From positions 256,001 to 320,000 of the forward strand of contig CAWELD010000010.1 of assembly GCA_963809895.1 (NCBI GenBank): a stretch of 64,000 nt of DNA, in the 5' to 3' direction. Made by a program: the position numbers and the translations under genes. This stretch comes from an uncultured Gemmatimonadales bacterium. Lineage in GTDB: Bacteria > Gemmatimonadota > Gemmatimonadetes > Longimicrobiales > Gaopeijiaceae. Below are positions 37,426 through 47,205 of the stretch, piece by piece; the stretch's first letter is position 1; each line of letters begins with the position of its first letter. Below the pieces are notes generated by a model. It did no database searches. It had not been told where the DNA came from and worked only from the letters and a program-made list of their open reading frames with translations.

Positions 37426-39012
37426 TCAGGCGGGACCGTCTCCAGATTCCTCCGACCCAGCCGAGTCTCCCGGGCCGTGTCCGTCGCCACGCCGCAAGAA
37501 CCGGCCCAGGTCCCGCCAGTCCTGGCGGCTGAGGAAGAGGGCGAGGATCCCCGTCGCACCGATCCAGAAGGCCAGCTTCCAGGCCACGGTCCCCCAACTC
37601 AGCCCCGGGAGCGCGCTCGCCAGCAGGCCGCTGGCCGCCAGCACCACGAACACGTAGAGCGACAGAGCCGCGAGGCGCCGAGGAACCTCCACCCGGTAAC
37701 GCCACCCGAGATACGACAGGGTCCCCACCAGAAGCACCATCTGCGCCGCGAGTCCCGCCAGGGCGGCGCCGGTGATCCCCAGCGCGGGAATCGTGAGCAC
37801 GGCCACGCCGTACATGGCGACCTGCGCCAGCGCGTTCTGCGTCACGTAGAAGACGATGTGCTCCATGGCGATCAGCACCGCCTGGTAGGCTCCCACCGCC
37901 AGCGCCAGGACCTCGACGGTGACGAAGAGCGCCACAAAGGAGGCACCCGGCGTGAACTCGGCCGAGTAGAGGATCCGGATGGCCAGCCCAGAGAACAGGA
38001 CCAGTGGTGGGACGACCCCTCCGACGAACAGAAACAGCGTCTTCTGGAACTCGGTTGCGCGCTGCAGTCGGTCCTCGAAGGCACCAGCCCGGTTCACCAG
38101 GGGTGTGAGGAAGACCTGGCTGGCCGCCCCCAGGACGCTCCGGACGGCCAGCGAGAGCCCGACCGCTGCCTGCATGTACCCCGCCGCCTGGTTCCCCTGG
38201 GTGCTCAGAACCTGGTAGAACACGGAGTAGGCTACCGCCGGCGCCAGAAACGCGGAGGGGAGCAGGAGGAGGCAGAATCGCCACACCCGCGGGGGCAGGT
38301 AGCCCACGATGCCGGTACCGAAGGACACCGCCGGCGCCCCTCCGGCCGCTCCAGCGCTCGCCGGCTCCGGGCGTGCCGGTGCAATCGGGACTGGGCGGCT
38401 CCGCTCCGCGTTCCGTCGGGCGCGTCGCTGCACCCGCCAGAGGACGACGAAAACCAGCGCACTCCCGAGGACCGCGTAGACGCCGTACATGCCCCGGAGC
38501 CCCCACAGGGCCACCCCGCTCAACGACGCTGCCGCGAACACCACCGCGTGCAGAAGGAGGAAGAGCATCGCCCGATTGTGCGCGAACGAGCTCGCGACCG
38601 TGTTCTGCAGAAAGGGTACCAGCGCCACCACGGGGAGCCCCGCCAGCGCCAACGTCGCCAGCACCCGGTCGCCGGCCACCTCGGTGCCCAGCATGGTCGG
38701 TGACCACCAGGTGAGCGCCACGCCCGCCGTCAGCGCCACCCCGACCAGGAGCAGCAGCACGTTCTTCATGCGCCGCAGCAGCTCGTGGTATTGGTCGCGG
38801 CGCTCGTGCCAGAGGGGCGACAGGTATCGCAGGGCGGCGAACGGCAGCGACAGGGAGGCGGTCTGGGCGAAGACCGCCACCAGACGATCCAGCGCAGCCA
38901 TGAGACCGAACTGCTCGGGCCCCAGAAGGAGGGCGAGCCCCTTCGTCCGGAGCATCAAGACGAACATGGCCGCGAACTGCAGCGCGCCCACGGAGATGAG
39001 CACTCTAAGCAC
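37426..39012 (-). CDS. Oligosaccharide flippase (Wzx/MOP superfamily)
   Basis: About 12-14 TM helices, LLLGPEQFG N-terminal motif, glycan-cluster context. Confidence 0.78.
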   Translation of the reverse strand: MLRVLISVGALQFAAMFVLMLRTKGLALLLGPEQFGLMAALDRLVAVFAQTASLSLPFAALRYLSPLWHERRDQYHELLRRMKNVLLLLVGVALTAGVALTWWSPTMLGTEVAGDRVLATLALAGLPVVALVPFLQNTVASSFAHNRAMLFLLLHAVVFAAASLSGVALWGLRGMYGVYAVLGSALVFVVLWRVQRRARRNAERSRPVPIAPARPEPASAGAAGGAPAVSFGTGIVGYLPPRVWRFCLLLLPSAFLAPAVAYSVFYQVLSTQGNQAAGYMQAAVGLSLAVRSVLGAASQVFLTPLVNRAGAFEDRLQRATEFQKTLFLFVGGVVPPLVLFSGLAIRILYSAEFTPGASFVALFVTVEVLALAVGAYQAVLIAMEHIVFYVTQNALAQVAMYGVAVLTIPALGITGAALAGLAAQMVLLVGTLSYLGWRYRVEVPRRLAALSLYVFVVLAASGLLASALPGLSWGTVAWKLAFWIGATGILALFLSRQDWRDLGRFLRRGDGHGPGDSAGSEESGDGPA

Positions 39013-39033
39013 GGCGAGCCCCTGCCCAGCCGA

Positions 39034-39987
39034 TCATGACGGGAGACCCATGGCGCGGAGTGTCTCGTCCAGGCCGACGCCCAGGGGGGTGGGGTCGAAC
39101 CCCAGCAGGGCCCGAATCCTGCCGATGTCCACCCCACGGTTCACCCGACGCCTCGTGAGTCGTTCCAGGCGCGGCGTGGCGAGACCGGCCGCCGACGCCA
39201 GCGATGCGCCGAGACCCGCCAGGGGTGCGGTCCAGCCCGGTAGCCGCAGGTGGCGCGGCCCTCGCCCGAGTCGCGCGCCGATCTCGTCGATGAGCTCGAC
39301 GTAGGCGAGGGGGCGCTCACCGGCCACGTTCAGAAGCAAGCCCGGCTCCAGGTCCGCTACCAACACGAGCTCGATGGCCGACACGACATCGGCGACGTAG
39401 GTGGGGTGCACGAGAACCTCGGCGGGTCCATGGAGCCAGACCCGTTTCCGGATCACCTGTCGTACCAGCGCCTCCGTGGCCTCGCGACCGGCACCGTAGA
39501 CGCCGGTGGGGCGAAGGACGACCCAGTGCAACGGAGATCCGGTCAGGGCACCTCGAAGCGCCTCTTCAGACTCCAGCTTGGATCGTTCGTAGGCGGTCTC
39601 GGGAGAGGGCGGATCGGTCTCGAGGAAGAGGCGGCGGGACGCGCCACTCCCGTAGACACCGGCGCTGCTCACGTGGATGAACCGGCGCACCCCAGCGGCG
39701 CGTGCCGCGTCGGCGAGGGCTGCGGTGCCATCGACGTTGATCTCGGTGAGGAGCCCGGCGTCGTGATCACCGACGGCCGCGGCGAGATGCACCACGCAGG
39801 TGACGTCGGTCACCGCCCGCTCGAGCGACGGTGGATCGCGAAGGTCGCCCACCACCTCGTCCACCTTGCGAGGTCCACCGGTGCGGCCGCCCCGGCGCGC
39901 CAGGACGCGCACCCGCTCTCCACGGGCGTGCAGACGGCTCACCAGGTTGGTGCCGATGAACCCTCGGCCGCCCGTGACCAGGATCAT
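39034..39987 (-). CDS. NAD-dependent epimerase/dehydratase (extended SDR)
   Basis: TGGRGFIG, VVHLAA, YERSK (YxxxK). Confidence 0.88.
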   Translation of the reverse strand: MILVTGGRGFIGTNLVSRLHARGERVRVLARRGGRTGGPRKVDEVVGDLRDPPSLERAVTDVTCVVHLAAAVGDHDAGLLTEINVDGTAALADAARAAGVRRFIHVSSAGVYGSGASRRLFLETDPPSPETAYERSKLESEEALRGALTGSPLHWVVLRPTGVYGAGREATEALVRQVIRKRVWLHGPAEVLVHPTYVADVVSAIELVLVADLEPGLLLNVAGERPLAYVELIDEIGARLGRGPRHLRLPGWTAPLAGLGASLASAAGLATPRLERLTRRRVNRGVDIGRIRALLGFDPTPLGVGLDETLRAMGLPS

Positions 39988-41585
39988 GCGGAGGAGGCCG
40001 GAGCCTCCCTGGGCTTGGGCTTGGTGGTGGTCCGCGTCGTGGCGGGCCCCCGCTTGGCGGAGCGGAGCGTCAGGCGTAGCGCGGCCGACCCGAGGTGGTA
40101 GAAGACCCAGCCCGCGGATCGAGAGGACATCTCCGCGAGGCGCCGCATGAGGCGATACGGAAGGTCCTTGCGAGCCTCGTTCTTCAGGACGCCGCGGCGG
40201 TTGATGAAGTTGCGCTGCAGGATCTGCGCGAAACGGTGCAACAGGTGGACCTGCGAGGGCGTCAGGTTCTCGTTGCCGATGGAGCCCTCGTGGCTGCTCA
40301 CGATGCGGTAGTGATCGGCCGGAATCAGGTCTTCGTCCACGGCCCAGTCGTACAGGCGTGTGCCGATGAAGGGCGTCGCCACCGTGAACTGGGTCCAACT
40401 GGCGCGCAGGCCCAGGGCGAAACGAATGGTGGAGAGGATCGTGTCCACGGTATCGCCGGGCAATCCCACCACGAAGAAGGCGAAGGTCGAGATGCCGTGC
40501 TTGCGGAAGTACCCCACCGTCTCGACGAACTGCTCCTCGGAAATCGGCTTGCGCTCGGCGTTCTTCTGGATCTGCGGATCACTGCTCTCGACCCCGAAGT
40601 TGACGCCGGAGCATCCCGCGCGGGCCATGAGCTCGATGGTGGGCTCGTCCAGGCAGTCGATCCGCGTTTCGCAGCGCCAGCGCACCGTGATCCCGCGATC
40701 GATGATCTCCTGGCAGATGCCCGCCACTCGCTTCTTGTTGGCCGAGAACAGGGGGTCGCGGAACAGGAGGTATTCCACCCCGAAGTCCCGGACGAGATGC
40801 TCGATCTCGTCGACGACGTTCTCAGGTGAGCGATATCGCCACTTGAGCCCCTGACCCACCGGATAGGGACAGTAATTGCAACCGAAGGGACATCCGCGCG
40901 AGGTGAGGATGGGCAGAAAGCGCATCGTGCCGGCGACGCTGGACTTCGGCATCCGGTACTGATCCAGCGGCATGAGGTCCCAACGCGGGAACGGGATGGA
41001 ATCCAGGTCGCGCCGGAAGTCACGCGGCGCCGTTCGCCGCCAGGCTCCGGTCTCGTCCCGGAAGGCCAGGCCCTCCACCTCGGCCATGGGCTTGCCCTGC
41101 AGTAGCTCCAGGACGGTGAGGTCCGGCTCTCCGACCACGGCGCAGTCGATGGAGTCGTCCTTGCCGATGCGCTCCATGAGCGAGCCGACGACCGGGCCGT
41201 AGAGGACGATGCGGGCCTCGGGGAAGCGTTCTCGGAGGGCACCACACACCTCCAGGTCCCAATCGATGGTAGGGAGAGAGGTTCTGAGGACAAGGAAGGC
41301 ACCTGCCCCTGCTCCTGCGTGGCCGACCTCCTCCACGAGCCGTTCCTTCGTCCAGTCTCTGGCCCCGGCCTCCAGAACCGCGATGCCTTCGCCTGCTTCC
41401 GAGAGCACCGCCGCGAGGTAGGGTAGGTCCAGCGGTGGAAAGTGGGTCGCGCCCTTGGGAAAGAGCTGCCCGAACCCACCCATGGAGTCCTTGTTCGAGA
41501 CGTATCCCGGAGGACTGGGAGGGTTGATGAGCAGCGCCGTGGGGGGGTCGCCGTGGCGCACGGGCACGTCGGAAGGGTCTGGCAT
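39984..41585 (-). CDS. B12-binding-domain radical SAM protein
   Basis: N-terminal PPLDLPYLAAVL cobalamin-binding-like domain; TSRGCPFGCNYC; FGVES; FVVGLPGDT. Confidence 0.9.
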   Translation of the reverse strand: MPDPSDVPVRHGDPPTALLINPPSPPGYVSNKDSMGGFGQLFPKGATHFPPLDLPYLAAVLSEAGEGIAVLEAGARDWTKERLVEEVGHAGAGAGAFLVLRTSLPTIDWDLEVCGALRERFPEARIVLYGPVVGSLMERIGKDDSIDCAVVGEPDLTVLELLQGKPMAEVEGLAFRDETGAWRRTAPRDFRRDLDSIPFPRWDLMPLDQYRMPKSSVAGTMRFLPILTSRGCPFGCNYCPYPVGQGLKWRYRSPENVVDEIEHLVRDFGVEYLLFRDPLFSANKKRVAGICQEIIDRGITVRWRCETRIDCLDEPTIELMARAGCSGVNFGVESSDPQIQKNAERKPISEEQFVETVGYFRKHGISTFAFFVVGLPGDTVDTILSTIRFALGLRASWTQFTVATPFIGTRLYDWAVDEDLIPADHYRIVSSHEGSIGNENLTPSQVHLLHRFAQILQRNFINRRGVLKNEARKDLPYRLMRRLAEMSSRSAGWVFYHLGSAALRLTLRSAKRGPATTRTTTKPKPREAPASSA

Positions 41586-41886
41586 GATCTGGTGCCTTGG
41601 ATCGGGCGGGGAGCAATTTCAAACATCAACCCCGCCCGTTCTGGGTGTCAAGCAAGCATTTTCAGGCCACTCCAGGGCAGAACCCGACTCGGAGGCCGAT
41701 GTGGGACATGGCGGGTCCACGAGAAGCTTGACCGCGACGCGTGTGGTGCCGAGCCTGGAAGTGACCCCCTTTTCGCGCCCTCCCACCGAGACCCTCACCG
41801 GCCTGACCCCCGACGACGCCCACCTCGTGGGGTCGTTGCGTCTCGAGCCCACCGCATCCTCCCCCCCACCTCGAGCACCGTTCTGC

Positions 41887-43098
41887 ATGAGTGAACGTCA
41901 GTTGCGCGTTCTCGTACTGTCCTGGAACTACCCGACGCCGGCGGCTCCGCAGCGGGGATTGTGGGCGGAGCGCATGTGCGACGCCGTGTCGGCCCGGGCC
42001 GAAGTCACGGTCATCGTACCGACGCCCTGGGTGCCGCCTCTCCTGCCGTTCAGGAGCCTGTCGCGGTTCCGGTCGATCCCGCGTGAGGAGCGCCGGGGAT
42101 CGGTGCAGGTCTACTTTCCCCGCGTGCCGGGATCCGTCGAATACCTGACCCACGGCGCCGACGCTCGTCTCGCCGCTCCTCGAGTGCGAGCCCTCGCGCG
42201 ACGCCTCCACGCCGAGCGACCCTTCGACCTGATCCACGCGCACTTCATCTATCCGGACGGGGTCGTAGCGAGTCGGCTCGGGAGAGACCTGGGGATCCCG
42301 GTCATGACCTCGGAGCACGCCTTCTGGACTCCCTGGCTGGTGGACCGGGCGGGTGTCGGTCGTCAGGTGCGGGCCGCGCTTCCCGACATCGATCTGGTTG
42401 CGCCGGTGAGCGAGTTCCTCCTTGACGACGTGAAACGCCATACCCGAGGCGTGACGGAAACGGCCGTGCTGCCCAACGTCCTGGACGACCACGTCTTCTA
42501 CCCCGAGCGGCGGGAGCGCGACCTGAACGAGCTCCTGTTCGTGGGGCTGATCCGACGCTTCAAACGCGTCGACGTTCTCCTGCGGGCGTTGGCCTCGGCT
42601 CGCCGGCACGAGCCAGGCTTGCACCTCAGGATTCTGTCGGCCAACGCCTACAGGGCTTATCGAAAGGACCGCCGCGAGGTTCGCGACCTGATCGCGGAGC
42701 TGGATCTCGAAGAGGCCGTCGAGATCGTGTACGGGTCGGACCCGCCCGCCGTGGCGGAGGCCATGCGGCGCTGTGGGCTCGTGGTGGTGTCCTCCACCCG
42801 CCGCGAGACCTTCTGTTCGGTGGCCGCTGAAGCACTGGGCTGCGGTACGCCATTGGTGCTCACGCGCTGCGGCGGTCCCGAGGAGTTCGTCACCCCGCAA
42901 GACGGGATCATGGTGGAGGCGGACGATCCCGAGGCGCTGTCGAGCGGCATTCTGGAGGCCGTCCGCCGGCGGGAGAGTTTCGATTCGGAGGCCATTCGCC
43001 GGCGGATCGTCGCCCGGTTTGGGCGTGACGCGTGGTGCGACCTCGCCCTGGACACCTACGGACGGGTCGTGGCGACCCCCACGGAGCGGAGCCGATGA
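41887..43098 (+). CDS. Glycosyltransferase family 4
   Basis: DLIHAHF, FVGLIRRFKRVD, ETFCSVAAEALGCG (ExFxxxxxE). Confidence 0.9.
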   Translation: MSERQLRVLVLSWNYPTPAAPQRGLWAERMCDAVSARAEVTVIVPTPWVPPLLPFRSLSRFRSIPREERRGSVQVYFPRVPGSVEYLTHGADARLAAPRVRALARRLHAERPFDLIHAHFIYPDGVVASRLGRDLGIPVMTSEHAFWTPWLVDRAGVGRQVRAALPDIDLVAPVSEFLLDDVKRHTRGVTETAVLPNVLDDHVFYPERRERDLNELLFVGLIRRFKRVDVLLRALASARRHEPGLHLRILSANAYRAYRKDRREVRDLIAELDLEEAVEIVYGSDPPAVAEAMRRCGLVVVSSTRRETFCSVAAEALGCGTPLVLTRCGGPEEFVTPQDGIMVEADDPEALSSGILEAVRRRESFDSEAIRRRIVARFGRDAWCDLALDTYGRVVATPTERSR

Positions 43099-44144
43099 GC
43101 AAGAGGGGACGGGTTCCGGGCCTCGACGGTGTCCGCGCCATCGCGGTGCTCGGCGTCATCGCCTCCCACTCGGGGCTCTTCGGCCTCGGCTGGGTGGGCG
43201 TCGACATCTTCTTCGGACTGTCCGGGTACCTGATCACGGGGATCCTGCTGGACGCGAAGCTCCCGGGAATTCCGGCCCGCCGTTACTTCGTCCCGTTCTA
43301 CATGCGCAGGGTGCTTCGTATCCTGCCACTCGCGTGGGCCTTCATCCTGATCGTCGCAGCGGTACGTGGGCAGTGGAGTGGCGTGCCCTGGTACATGGGG
43401 TATCTGGTGAACTGGCTCCCCACGAGCCCTCCGCCTCGGGACCTCGGACACTACTGGTCGTTGGCGGTCGAGGAGCAGTTCTATCTCCTCTGGCCCGCGG
43501 TCGTGTTCCTGGCCTCTCGCAAGACGCTCCTGCGCTTTTCGTTGGGCGTGATCCTCTTCAACGCGCTGTGTCGCTTCACGGTGTCCGTCTGGCCTCCGGA
43601 CTGGGTGACGGCGCAGTGGATGGATCTGGCCACCTTCGCCCGGGCGGACTCGCTGCTCGTGGGTGCCATCATCGCACAGCTCGAGCGGGGCAGGGGATGG
43701 GGAGGAATCGCGTCACGAGCGCTTCCCGTGGCCCTGGCTGCCGGCATGGCGTTGGTAGGCATCCGACTCATGGAGAAGAGTCAGCTGTGGCCGGTGCTCA
43801 CCTACAACCTGAAGTGGCCGGTCATCGCGCTGGGTGTCGGCGCCGGGCTCCTCTGGGTCCTGAGCCGCAGCCCGCGCTTCCTCGAATGGGGATGGCTGGT
43901 CTGGATCGGGCGAGTCAGCTACGGCATCTATGTGATCCACGCGGTCTTCGGCCAGTGGCTGCATGACCACTTCACGCTGGCTCAGGCACCCCTGATCTTC
44001 CTCATTCAGGTCGGGATCACGCTGCCTCTGGCCGCCCTGAGCTGGTATCTGTTCGAGTCACCGATCTTGCGCCTCAAGCGGCGTTGGCCCATGCCGTCGG
44101 CGAAGACCGCCCCGCCCGCGCCTGCGCCCGCCGCCGGCGACTGA
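43095..44144 (+). CDS. Acyltransferase family 3 (OafA-like O-acyltransferase)
   Basis: LDGVRAIAV, GVDIFFGLSGYLI, RRVLRI, WSLAVEEQFY motifs. Confidence 0.92.
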   Translation: MSKRGRVPGLDGVRAIAVLGVIASHSGLFGLGWVGVDIFFGLSGYLITGILLDAKLPGIPARRYFVPFYMRRVLRILPLAWAFILIVAAVRGQWSGVPWYMGYLVNWLPTSPPPRDLGHYWSLAVEEQFYLLWPAVVFLASRKTLLRFSLGVILFNALCRFTVSVWPPDWVTAQWMDLATFARADSLLVGAIIAQLERGRGWGGIASRALPVALAAGMALVGIRLMEKSQLWPVLTYNLKWPVIALGVGAGLLWVLSRSPRFLEWGWLVWIGRVSYGIYVIHAVFGQWLHDHFTLAQAPLIFLIQVGITLPLAALSWYLFESPILRLKRRWPMPSAKTAPPAPAPAAGD

Positions 44145-44158
44145 GCAGCGTTCGGGAG

Positions 44159-45340
44159 CTATGCCTGCTCAGCGAGCATCGAATCCTCGTCGACGATGCG
44201 GGTGATCCGGTTCACCCAGGTGCGGATCCGCCACGGATCGAATCTCTCCGACGAGAGGTAGGTGCGCGCCGCATCTCGGTACCGGGCCTCGTCTTCCGGG
44301 GACAGACCATGCAGAAACCTGCGCAATTCGTCGAAGTCGCCGAACTCGCGCATGTCGATGAAGCACTCCGGCGGCACCCAGTCCAGGATGTCCGGCGCTC
44401 CCCAGTAGACGGGAATGGTACCCGCGAAGAAGCAGTCGAAGATCTTCTCGGTGATCCACCCTTTGAGCATGCTGTTCTCGAAGCAGAGGGCGAATCGATA
44501 CCGTGAGATCGTCTCCGACTTCGAGGGCGCCGCGCCGCGCCACGCGGCGGCGGCCGCGACGTACAAAGGGTCCGGGCTGAGGCGTTGCGAGGCGGCGCGC
44601 AGCCAGGATTCGACGCGCCGGAGGGTCGCGGGAGTCCAGGTTTTTCCCACGCGGACCGGGGGTCGGTTCCAATTCCGTCCGTAGAGATCGATCTCGTCGT
44701 GCCTGTGGAAGTACTCGACCGCTTCCAAGCGCGCCGTGTAGAGCTCGTCCACGTAGAGGCGAGGCAGCTTGTTGGCGTTCATCATCACCAGGAAGCCGCG
44801 ATCGCGTCTGGCCCAGATCTCGTCGTGAACCGCGTCGAAGGACTGGGGCCAGCAAAAGTGTTCCAGGGCCACGGGCTCGTGGGTGAAGGGAAGGAGCGCC
44901 TGGGTGTCGCTCCAGGAGAGGACTCGGCGAAACAACCGGCCGAGCTCGGGGAGCGCCACGAACAGGGTGGGCTCGACGATGGGGCACTCCATGGCGAAGA
45001 ATGCGCTCATCACGACATCGGGACGACGGGCCAGCGCCCTGTATCGCCTCACGGTGAGTGTCGCCATGCGGTCCGGGACTCCGAAGGAGATCAGGAGGTT
45101 CCGCCGGCCGTCGGACCGTTCGGGCAGCCGGTCGGCGGTGTCGACGTGGAAGCCCCGCTCGACGAGCGCGTCTTTCATGGCCGCGTAGGGGGCCAGGATA
45201 TCGTCGCCGGCGTAGGGGTTGCTGCCTCGTTCGAAGAGTCGGCCCCCGAGCTGGTGGTGCGTGGCCGGATCGAAGTAGACCGCCACCTTCGACGTGGTGG
45301 CGCCGGGTCCCTCTACGCGGTCGTCCACGTTCGGTACCAT
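44159..45340 (-). CDS. Glycosyltransferase family 10 (alpha-1,3/4-fucosyltransferase-like)
   Basis: YRFALCFENS...WITEKIFDCFFAGTIPVYWG is the GT10 nucleotide-sugar-binding motif. Confidence 0.85.
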   Translation of the reverse strand: MVPNVDDRVEGPGATTSKVAVYFDPATHHQLGGRLFERGSNPYAGDDILAPYAAMKDALVERGFHVDTADRLPERSDGRRNLLISFGVPDRMATLTVRRYRALARRPDVVMSAFFAMECPIVEPTLFVALPELGRLFRRVLSWSDTQALLPFTHEPVALEHFCWPQSFDAVHDEIWARRDRGFLVMMNANKLPRLYVDELYTARLEAVEYFHRHDEIDLYGRNWNRPPVRVGKTWTPATLRRVESWLRAASQRLSPDPLYVAAAAAWRGAAPSKSETISRYRFALCFENSMLKGWITEKIFDCFFAGTIPVYWGAPDILDWVPPECFIDMREFGDFDELRRFLHGLSPEDEARYRDAARTYLSSERFDPWRIRTWVNRITRIVDEDSMLAEQA

Positions 45341-47196
45341 TGATCGAGGATGAAGGCGGAGTGGATGATGGCCGTGAAGCGGGCTCGACCGCCGGCCTGG
45401 GCGCCGGTGAGCTCCTGGAGCCGATCCAGGTCGAGAAGGTCGCCCAGCGGACCCGACTCGGCCGCGGCGCGCACCTTCCGGGCCATGGTCGAATCGCCGC
45501 CCAGCCATTCCGGTAAGGGGAGCGCGAATCCCTGTTTGCGCCGGTCGAGCAGGTCGTCGGGGAGCCACGGTCGAACCGCGTCTTTGAGCGCGATCTTCGC
45601 GGAATCCCGGCTCGCCAGGGAACGGGCCGGGAGGTCGGCGGCCAGCTCCATGACGTCCCGGTGGAGGAAGAGTGGACGCACCTCGAGGGAGACGGCCATG
45701 CTGGCGCGGTCCACCTTCGTCAGCATGTCGCCGGGCAACGTCAGTGTGAAGTCCAGGTGGCGCATTGCATTCACCAGACCTACCTCCTGCGGAGGGGCGT
45801 CCCGCAGCAGGTGATCCACGAGGCGATGCGGATCGTAGTGCTTCAATGTGTCCGCAAGGGGTCCCCGGGCCACCTGACGCAGCAGTGGCAGCGGGAAGCC
45901 GTGACAGAGCATGTCCGCCAGCATCGGGGCCGGCGCCAGGCCGTACTGCCGCAGCGTCCGGCGCCAGTGGCTACCTTCGGGAAGGGTCCGGCGGGCCAGG
46001 TCCGCGACCACCCGTGCCACCGTGCGGGGCACGATACGGCCCACCTCGTTCATCCGAACCAACCGCTGGTACTTTCGATAGCCGGCGAAGATCTCGTCGG
46101 CACCGTCGCCGGACAGCGCCACCGTGATGGCGCTACGAGCCTCACGACACAGGTAGTAGGTCGGAAAGGCGGAGTAGTCCCCGAACGGCTCGTCGTAGTG
46201 CCAGGCGAGCTTGTCGAAGACCGTGACAACGTCCGACGGGTCCACCGTGCGCTCGACGTGGGCCGTGTGATACCGGTCCGCGACTCGCCGCGCCCAGCGC
46301 CGTTCGTCGTAGTCCGCGGCGTCGAACCCGATCGTGAAGCTCTGCACGTCGTGGCCGGAGAGGCTGAGGGCCGCCGTGACGGACGACGAATCGACCCCGC
46401 CGCTGAGAAAGGTGCCCAGGGGCACATCGGCCACGGCCATCTCGTCGGCGGCGGCCAGGATCCGCTGCCGGATCTCCTCGCTCCCGGCTCGGCGGCCGTC
46501 ACGGAACGGCAAGGACCAGTAACGGCGCGGCTCCTGCACCGTCGGTGGCCCCTGGCGGCCGATCTGGACCGTGATGCAGTGGGCCGGAGGGAGCTTGCGC
46601 ACGTCCTTCCAGATTGTCCGCGGGTCGGTGATGAACCCGAAGGCGAGGAAATCGATCACGGCCTCGTGGTCGATTCGCCGGGGGAGTCCGGGCCATTCCA
46701 GCAGCGCCTTCAACTCCGACGCGAAGAGGAAGGCGTCTCCGACGTGGGCGTAGTGGAAGGGCTTCTCACCGGCCCGGTCCCGGGCGCAGAAGAGCCGGCG
46801 CTCCTCGGCGTCCCAGATGGCGAAGGCGAACTGCCCCGACAGCCGGTCCAGCAGGTGCGGGCCCCAGCGCCGGTAGGCCTCCAGGAGCACCTCGGTGTCG
46901 GACTCCGTACGAAAGCGCATCCCCCCGGCGGCCAGCTCGTCGCGGATCCCGCGGAAGTTGTAGATCTCACCGTTGAAGGTGACGGTCAGCCGACCGTCGG
47001 GAGAGACCATGGGCTGGTTGGACCGGGCGTCGAGGTCGATGATCGACAGCCGACGATGGCCCAGGACCACGGTCCGGTCCTCGGTGTGCCACAGTCCCGC
47101 GTGATCCGGTCCCCGATGGGCCAGCGTGTCGCGCATGCGTTCCACCAGCGCCGGGTCCACGGTGCCGGCGGCGACGACGCCCACGATTCCACACAT
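45313..47196 (-). CDS. asnB: Asparagine synthase-like glutamine amidotransferase
   Basis: N-terminal MCGI, HRGPD, HRRLSIID, LSGGVDSS, SGDGADEIFAGY; in glycan clusters such enzymes usually amidate sugars. Confidence 0.92.
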   Translation of the reverse strand: MCGIVGVVAAGTVDPALVERMRDTLAHRGPDHAGLWHTEDRTVVLGHRRLSIIDLDARSNQPMVSPDGRLTVTFNGEIYNFRGIRDELAAGGMRFRTESDTEVLLEAYRRWGPHLLDRLSGQFAFAIWDAEERRLFCARDRAGEKPFHYAHVGDAFLFASELKALLEWPGLPRRIDHEAVIDFLAFGFITDPRTIWKDVRKLPPAHCITVQIGRQGPPTVQEPRRYWSLPFRDGRRAGSEEIRQRILAAADEMAVADVPLGTFLSGGVDSSSVTAALSLSGHDVQSFTIGFDAADYDERRWARRVADRYHTAHVERTVDPSDVVTVFDKLAWHYDEPFGDYSAFPTYYLCREARSAITVALSGDGADEIFAGYRKYQRLVRMNEVGRIVPRTVARVVADLARRTLPEGSHWRRTLRQYGLAPAPMLADMLCHGFPLPLLRQVARGPLADTLKHYDPHRLVDHLLRDAPPQEVGLVNAMRHLDFTLTLPGDMLTKVDRASMAVSLEVRPLFLHRDVMELAADLPARSLASRDSAKIALKDAVRPWLPDDLLDRRKQGFALPLPEWLGGDSTMARKVRAAAESGPLGDLLDLDRLQELTGAQAGGRARFTAIIHSAFILDQWYRTWTTA

Positions 47197-47205
47197 GCGC
47201 CGCCG

